This document shows positions 55,001 to 64,000 of a stretch of DNA of 64,000 bases, one piece after another. A program made the position numbers and the translations under genes. This DNA is from Octopus vulgaris (Eukaryota): positions 55,924,001 to 55,988,000 of the forward strand of contig OX597827.1 in the NCBI GenBank assembly GCA_951406725.2, written 5' to 3'. Positions within the stretch are counted from its first letter, which is position 1; every line of letters starts with the position of its first letter. A model generated the notes under the pieces. It saw nothing but the letters and a program-made list of their open reading frames with translations. It was not told the DNA's origin and made no database searches.

Positions 55001-55404
55001 CTATATATGTGTATATATATATATTATATATATATATATATATACATATGTATATGTATATATATATATATATACACATATATATATATATGTATATATA
55101 TAAATCTTTAGGTAAATATATTCAATAAGAATATAATATACTGAATTTATATTGAGTGCTCCATTGTATAAAAATATTAATACTAGTAAAGTATTTATAT
55201 ATTTAATACGAGTGATATATACATATATTTTTTAATATATTATTATTATCAATAAAGAAAATGAATATCCAAACTCATCATAATGATATACCCCTGTGAA
55301 AGACATTATTATATTAAATATATATATATATATAAATATAAAAATATAAATATAATGTATAAAATGAATTTGATAATTAAAAAATTTTGAATTAATTATT
55401 TAAG

Positions 55405-55496
55405 CATCTTACGATTGTTTCGCAGAAGAATTGTCCCTATAATGAAATCCTATATTGATAAGCATTTATAGACAACCCTTCTGCTCTTCAGAGATA
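55405..55496 (-). ncRNA. Type I hammerhead ribozyme, apparently intact, with extended stem II
   Basis: Minus strand reads TATCT-CTGAAGA-GCAGAAGGGTTGTC...GACAATTCTTCTGC-GAAA-C-AATC-GTA-AGATG: 5-bp stem I, canonical CUGANGA/GAAA core, 14-bp stem II (2 G.U), GUA cleavage triplet (cut between 55410 and 55409). Confidence 0.8.
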
Positions 55497-55878
55497 TAAA
55501 ATATGAATATTGTATAATATATCTTCCATGGGTATAAGTATTTCATTTATTTCTTACCCTATTTATCGCTGACGAGGAGAAAATTCCTTTCCTCTGTTTT
55601 ATAAGTTGTTTATAAATTTAACCTTTAAAGGTATTTTTTAATATGCTGGCCATTGATAGAATTTTTTTCAAATTTTATCCTATATTAGATGTAAATTTAA
55701 TAGTGTTCACTTCCAGACTCTCTCACTCTATGAGAGTTTTCTGTCCGATCACACTTGTCTCGAGGTGTGCTGGAGAATTTCTATTTTGGATATATTTGGG
55801 GTACTTAAGTGTGCTCATGACTTAGTGTTTGCTTCTTCAATGGGTATAAGTAAGTATTTCATTTATTTCTTACCATAT

Positions 55879-55939
55879 TTATCGCTGACAAGGAGAAAAT
55901 TCTTATGAATTAACTCTGAAATTGGTACCAAAACGATAA
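55879..55939 (+). ncRNA. Degenerate type I hammerhead ribozyme with palindromic stem III
   Basis: TTATCG-CTGACAA-GGAG..CTCT-GAA-ATTGGTACCAAA-A-CGATAA. A sister copy at 55563-55586 has the intact core CTGACGA, and a copy at 54794-54808 shows CCAATA, so the consensus stem III is ATTGGTACCAAT with an AUA cleavage site. Confidence 0.65.
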
Positions 55940-56183
55940 TAACGGAATTTCTGTCGGCTTATAGTGATAAATTATATGGTTATTGACGATTTGTCTATTT
56001 TCGGCATATTTGGCATTAGAATTTGGATTCAGTTGAATATGGTACTTAAGTTAAAGGCACCAGAATTTAGTTTGGTATTATCCATATAATTCAAAATGGG
56101 GTGATTACAATCAAAATAAGCAACAAGGATATCCAGAGGTAATGCAGTACGATTGTTTCATGCGACTCCATTTAATTGAACAA

Positions 56184-56226
<43 letters not shown>

Positions 56227-56871
56227 AACATATATACAACAGGCTTCTTTCAGTTCCGTCTACCAAATCCACTCACAAGGCTTTGGTCAGCCTGAGGCTA
56301 CAGTAGAAGACACTTGCCCAAGGTGCCACGCAGTGGGACTGAACCTGGTTTGTAAGCAAGCTACTTACCACACAGCCACTCCTGTGCCATAAGCAAAAAA
56401 TTGGTTATACTTCTACAATACACAAAATATCTTCACAATTCTTTTAATACAATTCCTAATAATATTTAATTATATAAAAATATAACGGGATCTTTTAGAC
56501 ATTAAATGGGTATAAAGATCCAGTAGGGTGAAATAGGAATCGAAGAGGTTCACAGGCAAAAAATGGTTGAGAAACACTCATTTAAACTGTCTGCTCATAA
56601 GTAAATCCTAACCTTGTCTACTCATTAAATCATACTGTAAGCGGATGAGTTTTTCAAGGATATTTGTACCCTTAACATAATTCTCAGACAGTTGTCATGT
56701 AACAGCATGACAACTGTGTGACAAGGTTAAACCTTTGACTTGAAATACATTCCATCTGACACAGTTTCTATTGGCTTAATCTCAGTCACAGGCTTGGGTT
56801 GACCCAATCATATGGCAAAAGACACTTGCCCACAATGCTATGCAGTGGGGTTCAGTGTAGGACCACACAAA

Positions 56872-57180
56872 ACCCTTTTCAATCATGAATGACCATGGGA
56901 TTGCATTTAGAAAGTTACCCTCTGAGGCACAAGTTTGGGCAAAGTTGTTTATAGAAACCATCAGTTGCCCATGCATACCGGCTTCCCCTCTCCATGCCGT
57001 CGATGTTATCCAAGGGAAAGGCAAAAGCCAGTACAGCTTGGCACCTGTGAAGTTGCAACTCATTTCTAGAGCTGACTGAACTGGAGAAATGTGAAATAAA
57101 GTGTCTTACTCAAGAACACAACACAGCTTGGTCTGGAAATCAGACTGACTACTGATGCTCTAACCACTGAGCCATGCTGC
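56872..57180 (-). mobile_element. CORE-type SINE, family E
   Basis: Minus strand GTGTTCTTGAGTAAGACACTTTATTTCACATTTCTCCAGTTCAGTCAGCT; relatives at ~26050-26280 (+), ~18080-18220 (-), ~21230-21400 (+). Confidence 0.65.
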
Positions 57181-58006
57181 CATAAGCACTCAGCTACACA
57201 GACATCTCAAAAGCAAATTGTCATCATCATTTTTTTTTAACTCTTTAGCATTCAGAATAACTCCATCAAATGTACTGCCTATGTATTTACATTGTTTTGA
57301 ATTTACCCTGCGTTATAAGGGTAGATGTGAAAGGTTGGATCTAGCTAGTTCTAACATTAAAAAATCGGTAGAATACTTAAGGTGGATATGGCCAGTTTAA
57401 GTGCTAAAAGCTTAAAGATTTAATCCTAAAAAAAACAAAATAATGTCACTTGAAGCATTTAAATTCTTAATCTACTATTTAGCAGACATGCCTTATCTTT
57501 TACTTGTTTCAGTCATTTGACTGCAGCCATACTGGGGCATCACCTTAAATGGTGTTAATTGAACAAATCAACTCCAGGACTTATTTTTTTAAGCATGGTA
57601 CTTATTCTATCAGTCTCTTTTGCTGAACTATTAAGTCACAGAGACATAAACACACCAACATCAGTTGTCAAGCAGCAGTGGGGGACAAACACAAAGAAAC
57701 ACCAACACATAGATTTTCGACCTTATTGCAAGCCTCACCAGTTCTTCCTCTCAACTTTATTGGATTCTAGATGTTAAGACAAAGAAAATGATATACTAAC
57801 CTCAAAAATGGCCAGGATGGCGCTTACAACACTCTGTTACTAAATGTTTCATATGATATAATATGATATAATAAAGATAAATTAAATATAGAGATATTCT
57901 ATTAACAATCCAATAATTTATTTATATTACAATATTACATTAAATACTATGAATATAATATATAACATAATATGATATTATATAAATAATTATAAAAACA
58001 GTAAAA

Positions 58007-58090
58007 TGCCAACAAATTGTTTCGACTTATATATATTTTTTCTGATACACATAATCACAGTTCCATTATATATAAGTCACTTCAAGGTCC
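58007..58090 (-). ncRNA. Degenerate hammerhead ribozyme
   Basis: CC-TTGAAGT-GACTTATATATA...TATATATAAGTC-GAAA-CAATTTGTT-GG: perfect 12-bp stem II, two core mismatches, weak stem I. Confidence 0.45.
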
Positions 58091-58247
58091 TTGGTTTCAT
58101 AAAGACAAAATTCTGTGTGAAAGGACGGCTAGATTGTAAAAATTAATTCAAATGTCTGCGCTATGAACATGAGTGTTGACTATTCAATCTTACATCAATT
58201 ACAATTAAAAACAACAAAAACACTTTAACGGATGATACAGTCAAGTA

Positions 58248-58760
58248 CTGTAAATCCTTGAGTATAATCCACATTTTTTCCCCAAAATTTAAAGGTCAAA
58301 ATCCCTAGTGCGTACTATATACGAGGTTAAAAATGAAAATTATTTTCTAAGCAATGTCCGAGTCTCTATTTGCTGTCTGGCAATGTTTATTCAGATGCAT
58401 TTTGTGATGTCGGGTGCGAAAATACCTTAAGCTAAGCCTGAAAACAAATGAAGTCATAAAAGGATCATCCATAACTTGCAGTAAGCAACATTTATTAAAC
58501 GTTATTACTGTTATTTCTTTATTTTCTGCAAACAAAATGCACAAAATAGCTACACGTTTGCATTATGTTATATATACAATAATAATAAAAGATGTTACCA
58601 TATACATTTTTACAAACCAAGGACGTTATATAGACTTCCTTGACTCAAGTTAGAGAAGGGGTGCATATTATACACAAGGTTTAGGATTTTCAGAGGTACA
58701 GCCCCCTAAAAATCCCCTGCATATTATACTTAAGGGCAGACAATACTCAAGGATTTACGG
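58248..58760. mobile_element. pogo/Tigger-like MITE
   Basis: TIR CYGTAAATCCTTGAGTAT, TA TSD; an empty paralogous site lies at ~61105. Confidence 0.85.
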
Positions 58761-59408
58761 TAAGTGCAATCCACAACCATCGGAATTCACTTCATTATGT
58801 CTGAAACACATAACAATTGAAACCCTTTGATGTCCAAGACAGTCTCTTGTCATCACAATATACAATAATAATATTTGTGTGTATATAAATGTGTATATTT
58901 AAGTATCTAAGTCTTCTCCTACGTGTAACTTCAACAAAAAATATATAAACAATTACATCTTCAATACAACAACTCTTTTATCTATTTAAATTAGTTGGTA
59001 TAAAAAAATTTAACTAATAATAATCTTCTATATTTTTTATTTATGGCAGAGTGTATATAATAATGGATATAATATAAATAATATGATATAATGATATAGT
59101 GTAATATAATATAATATATAATATGGTAGAGCATATCAGACAAATGCTTTGTAAGTTTACTGTGCTTATCATCATCATCATTTAACATCTGTTTTCCATG
59201 CTGGCATAGGTTGGATGGTTTGACAGGCGCTCATAAGGCTAGGGGCCACACCAGCCTCCATTATCTGTTCTGGTATGATTTCTATGGTTGGATGCTCTTC
59301 CTAGAATTGACCACTCCATAGAGTGTGCTGGGTGCTTTTTATGTGAAGTTATTTCATTTGTTAAACTACAAAAGACTGGAGGTTTCTACTGAATGTTAAA
59401 GATGCCTT

Positions 59409-60278
59409 GGCAATCTTTCGTCTCTAGTAGACCTTTCCGTCGATTTCCGTAAAAATTTTTTTTTTTTTACATATGGGCTTGCGGGAACTTTTGAAGTAAT
59501 GAGAGCGAAAGAGACTAAGAGAAAGCGATTGTATAACGAGGGAAGTTCTTTTGAAGTTACCATGCATGGGAAGCATTGATGTACATGTGTGTGTGTGTGT
59601 GTGTGTGTTTGATGGGGTGTGGGAGACAGACAGTATGTTGTGTAAGTGAAGTGCTTCTGTTAGTGTGTGTGAAGAGACAGAGTAATGTGTGAAAGAAAGA
59701 GATAAGTGAAATTTTTGGCGAAGTTTCGCATGTCGTAGCGCAGATTTCCGTCGATTTCCGTAAAAAACTTTTATTTTTTTACATAAGTAATGAGAGCGAA
59801 AGAGACTAAGAGGAAGCGATTTTATGACGAGAAGGTTTCACTTTGAAATCGGCCTGTGTGTGTTTGATGGGGTGTGGGAGACAGACAGTATGTTGTGTAA
59901 GTGAAGTGCTTCTGTTAGTGTGTGTGAAGAGACAGAGAGAGTAATGTGTGAAAGAGAGAGATAACTGATTTTTTACTCGGTGTATGTGTATATGTATGTC
60001 TGCATGTATGTGTGTGTGTGTATGTATCTATGTATGTGTGTATGTATGTATGTGTGTATGTATGTATGTATGTGTGTGTGTGTATGTATCTATGTATGTG
60101 TGTGTGTGTATGTATGTATGTGTGTATGTATGTATGGTCGATTCAGTGTAACTTTTTACTCGGTGTATGTGTATATGTATGTATATTACTTCAAAAGTTC
60201 CCGCAAGCCCATATGTAAAAAAAAATATATTTTTTTACGGAAATCGACGGAAAGGTCTACTAGAGACGAAAGATCGCC
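59409..60278. mobile_element. Non-autonomous Merlin-like DNA transposon (MITE)
   Basis: ~90-bp TIRs starting GGCRATCTTTCGTCTCTAGTAGACC; 8-bp TSD GATGCCTT/GATGCTTT; internal ~300-bp tandem duplication. Confidence 0.85.
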
Positions 60279-61870
60279 GATGCTTTTCAAAGGTTTCAAG
60301 CTGTAAAAACTGGGATAAACTCGAGTATATCTCATCCATTACACCAAATCAAATACACAAGAATATCTGGTGAAATATCCCACTGATAGCTTAATAGCTC
60401 AACTAACTGTTAGCAAGGAACTGAAATATGTAGCCAAATAGCTCAATTTGATAGCATTTAACTAATTAGTATCATTAAGCACCAGATACTAAGTAGAGTT
60501 AAAAAGGAAAGCCTCTGGAAGATCTAATTATGTGATGGACCAGTTATTATTATGTTCTAAATTAATACGCAAAAATACGCAAAAAAAGAATATTTATTCC
60601 CTTTCTCTCTCCCTCTCTCTCGGAGAGGCACAAGCACCTACACACACATATACACACGCGGCCTACCAAATTCAATCACAAAGCTTCGGTCGGCCGGAGG
60701 CTTTAGCAGAAGACATTTGCCCAAGTGCCACGCAGTGGGACTGAACCCGAAACCATGTAACTAGGAAGCAAGCTCCCTAACCACACAGCCATACCTGATT
60801 TGAAATTGCTCATATGAAGCATTAAGATTATTAAATCTTTAACTGAATTTTCAAACATGCTAATATGTGGCTGAAAATAATACGTTTTTTAAAATTTAAA
60901 AGCCAGACAGACTAGCAGAAATGGTAAAATTTCAGATTTTCAGGGTCCTCCTGTTTCACTTTTTAAAGTTGTAATGAAGTTTACTTTAATTTTCCTTCTA
61001 CTGACATTAATAAATTATATTATAGCAATATACAAAAGCTGAGCTAGTTAATCATGTGACTGCTATGAAAACAAATAATTTCCTTTAACAGACAATACAA
61101 TCAAGTAAGTGCAATCCACAACCATTGAAATTCACTTCATTACATCTCAAACACATACCAATTGAAACCCTTTGATGTCCAAGATATTAGCTATTTCTTT
61201 CCACATTTTTCATTTTGTTAAGGTGCTCCTACTCCTCATTTAAACTGGCCTTGTGTCTTATTAACAGAAATAAATGATTTTATAGTATTAAGTAAGCTTA
61301 AAATTATTATTCAGTATAGCCATTCATCACTCCCTACATCCACCCTTCACTCACACCTAATGTTTGAAGTCGTTGCCTACCTCCCATACTCCTATCTCTT
61401 GCTCCCCCATACACTTTTGCAAATCCCCACCCACCCACCTACACTCCTAGTTCCCCCATCTCATTGCACTTCTACTCACCGTGTACCTTGAGGAATCACC
61501 TGTGACTTGCAGCTCCTCCAGACCATTCTCACTCTCTCTCTCTCCTAAAGGCGATCAACCACGCAGCTCCTCTACAGGAATCGGTTCACCCCTCCCTCCT
61601 TCCCTTCTTGAATCCCCTCATCTCCTCACATAAAGCTCCTGCTACCCATGGGTTTTGTAGCCTTGCAAGCTACATGGAAACATCACTTGTGCCAATGGCA
61701 CACACAAAAAAGAAAAAGTACCTGGTACATGCAGTAAAGTGATTGATATTACAAAGGACTTCCAACCATAGAAATCATGCCAAAGCAGATATTGGAGAAT
61801 GATGTGCTCCAGCATCCATCGGATCCTGTCAAATTGTCCAACCCTTGCCAGTATGGAATACAGATTTTAA

Positions 61871-62486
61871 CCCTTTAGCATTCAGATTACTCTGTCAGAT
61901 ATAATTTATTCACATTACTCTGTCAGATTACTCTGTCAGATATATATTTATTCACATTGTTTTGAATTAATCATGCGTAGGAGTGGCTGTGTGGTAAGTA
62001 GCTTGCTTACAAACCACATGGTTCCGGGTTCAGTCCCACTGCGTGGCACCTTTGGTAAGTGTCTTGTACTATAGCCTCGGGCCGACCAAAGCCTTGTGAG
62101 TGGATTTGGTAGACAGAAACTGAAAGAAGCCTGCCCGTCGTATATATGTGTGTGTGTGTGTGTCTGTGTTTGTCCGATGCTGGTGTGCTTACATCCCCCA
62201 ACTTAGTAGCAGTTCGGCAAAAGAGACCGATAGAATAAGTACTAGGCTTACAAAGAATAAGTCCTGGGGTCGATTTGCTTGACTAAAGGTGGTGCTCCAG
62301 CATGGCCACTGTCAAATGACTGAAACAAGTAAAAGAGTAAAAGAGTATCTTGTAGCTTTGAGATTTCGATGATGCAATTGTTGACTTTCAGTGTGACATT
62401 GTAGGGTAAGTGTAAGAGACTGTATTTGGTTAGTTAAAACCAATTGAATATTTTGGCCAGATATGGTCAGTTTAAATGCTAAAGGG
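61871..62486. mobile_element. piggyBac-like MITE containing a full SINE
   Basis: TTAA|CCCTTTAGCATT ... AATGCTAAAGGG|TTAA; an uninterrupted relative is at 57241-57411. Confidence 0.85.
61975..62346 (+). mobile_element. Full-length tRNA-derived CORE-type SINE (family B)
   Basis: A box TGGCTGTGTGG, B box GGTTCAGTCC, CORE-like CCTT(G)G(G)YAAGT, tail (GTAAAAGA)n. Other copies: 2795-3500, 7330-7520, 10110-10330, 12345-12495, 20085-20250, 22838-23248, 24425-24655, 29915-30110, 33090-33490, 37235-37650, 37860-38920, 39140-39345, 46870-47100, 49650-50420, 54260-54450, 56230-56387, 57495-57710, 60655-60797. Confidence 0.9.
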
Positions 62487-62549
62487 TTAAATGATGATGA
62501 TGGATAGCTACATGGCTTAATTTATAGTTGCACCTGTTAGCTAACTTAT

Positions 62550-63017
62550 ATTTATTGATGTTATCTCTGTACCATAGCCTAAACCTAGAAAATTGATAAA
62601 TACTTCAATCTAAAAGATATGATGTTTTGTTTTATTAAATTCGAGATCCATAATTTCTATAAATGATAAAGTCAGTCATTATTTAGACCCATGTCAGACC
62701 TGACTGAGAGGTCCAATAATAAAAGGTGTTCCTGTCATCTCCATGCATTCTTTCTTTTCTTCCGGTATAGTATATCTGATGTATCCCTCTTTTAAGACAG
62801 AAGGATGGAATCTGAAGGAGATTTGGCTCTTATTCCAAGCCGGTTAAACAATGCATAGAGTTTTCTTTGTTCTGTTTAATTGAAGGCAGGAAAGACTTTC
62901 TATGTGTGACTGGTTACTGACCTCAGTAGATACATTTACAACTAATTCATCTCATTACCCACTCAGACAATGTAAGCTCTCAATAAAATCTTATGTTACA
63001 TAAGCACACAACCGTCA
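62550..63017 (-). other. Candidate terminal exon/3'UTR of the second gene (begins with TGA)
   Basis: Follows acceptor CATTTTCAG; first three bases are TGA (63017-63015); minus-strand AATAAA at ~62632-62637 and ~62551-62556. Confidence 0.35.
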
Positions 63018-63145
63018 CTGAAAATGAAATAAAGTCGTTTGATGTTTATGACTTTCTGAATAATTTTGTACTGTAAATGAAGTGAAATAAGAATTGATTG
63101 ATTTACTAACTTGGCTCTCTGGGTGATTAGCTGTGCAGTGCTTAC

Positions 63146-63192
63146 CTCAGACTTGATAACATATTGGTTTCTTCTGACTAGTAACAAAACAC
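63146..63192 (-). CDS. 47-nt late coding exon of a second, unidentified gene (reads (G)VLLLVRRNQYVIKSE or CFVTSQKKPICYQV*)
   Basis: Strong acceptor TTTTTCTCTACCCTTAG (AG 63194-63193) and donor GAG|GTAAGC (63145). The next acceptor TTTATTTCATTTTCAG at 63019-63018 gives a 128-nt intron. Reading frame is ambiguous. Confidence 0.6.
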
Positions 63193-64000
63193 CTAAGGGT
63201 AGAGAAAAATGTTATATTCATGTCTCCCCAACCTGGTATTAATGACAAAAGTGAAGTGGAGGGTAGTTAAAAGTGGAATGTGTTTCCTTTTTGTTAGCTT
63301 CTCAGAGCAAAGATTAACAATTATGAATTATCTTTTAGTCCCTCCTGTTAGCCATTCATCACTCCCTACATCCACCCTTCACTCCTACCTAAATTTTAAA
63401 GTTGTATTATAGCGATTTAATTTTTTATCATTTTATCAGCTTTAGTGGAATGAGAGCTGACCAAGGTTAGTAATAAATTTAGTACTGTGACATGTTAAAG
63501 CAGGGTAAAGAAAGGTTTGTAGTTCAAGATTCTCACGCTTTTTCAGGATTCTTTAAAAGAATAAATTTTCAATTAATTTTGATAAGTCAACTTCTGTAAG
63601 TATATAAATGCAGCAGAGAAGAAAATGAATGTGTGTGTGTGTGTGTGCGCGTTCATGCACGCATGTACATGCTTAATACAAAATATTGCAATAAATTTAC
63701 AAGAAAAAACTCGATCAACTTCAGTTCTTACTCATTCTCACAACAGACATACACACACACTGAGTGTATATTTTAATATTGTATATATCCTTTAAAAAAA
63801 ATAATAATAATAACAAAGACAGTAAGTGAGAGAAGTAATTTTTAAAGCAGGTTATTTTAGTAGTTACAAACAGAAAAAAAATGATTTCAACATTAATTCA
63901 TTCATGAAGTTCTATATTTCTTGATATTTTAATTGAATGCATTTGACAAATGGAACTTGTCACATCACAACATTGAGTATTTTTCTCTAAGAGGAAAATG

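Larger units (their letters stand above)
54557..56175. repeat. AT-rich HHR-bearing tandem/inverted repeat complex (pLTR/retrozyme-like)
   Basis: Direct repeats at 55523-55586 and 55835-55902; inverted copies 54560-54660 vs 55590-55690 and 54660-54787 vs 54797-54935 and 55934-56024; one intact, one degenerate and two partial HHR motifs. Confidence 0.75.

Overview
Eukaryotic, AT-rich, repeat-saturated genomic DNA. The tRNA-derived SINE families and dense (TA)/(CA)/(GA)/(GAT)/(TAA) microsatellites look like an Octopus (coleoid cephalopod) genome; this is an inference from recognised repeats. Host coding content is small. (1) A 1.63-kb minus-strand exon (171-1802) encodes an acidic, disordered N-terminus running into a coiled coil (CCDC186-like). 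Its probable non-coding first exon and promoter lie about 35 kb away (~36.66-37.2 kb). (2) The probable 3' end of a second minus-strand gene lies at ~63.0-63.2 kb. The rest is transposon debris: several SINE families, mariner, maT (DD37D) and rosa-type transposase fragments, hAT/piggyBac/pogo/Merlin MITEs with visible TIRs or TSDs, nested Helitrons, HERO-like and CR1/Zenon-like LINE fragments, and at least three Penelope-like elements. The most interesting signal is non-coding. At least seven hammerhead-ribozyme (HHR) motifs from sequence-unrelated families are present, one apparently intact (55405-55496, minus). They cluster at 49-58 kb, mostly have palindromic or near-palindromic stem III, and include a tandem HHR-delimited unit whose head-to-head inversion is centred on the HHR stem-III palindrome, i.e. 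a retrozyme/pLTR-like system. Most ORFs in the supplied track are microsatellite or SINE artefacts. All calls were made by eye, without database searches.
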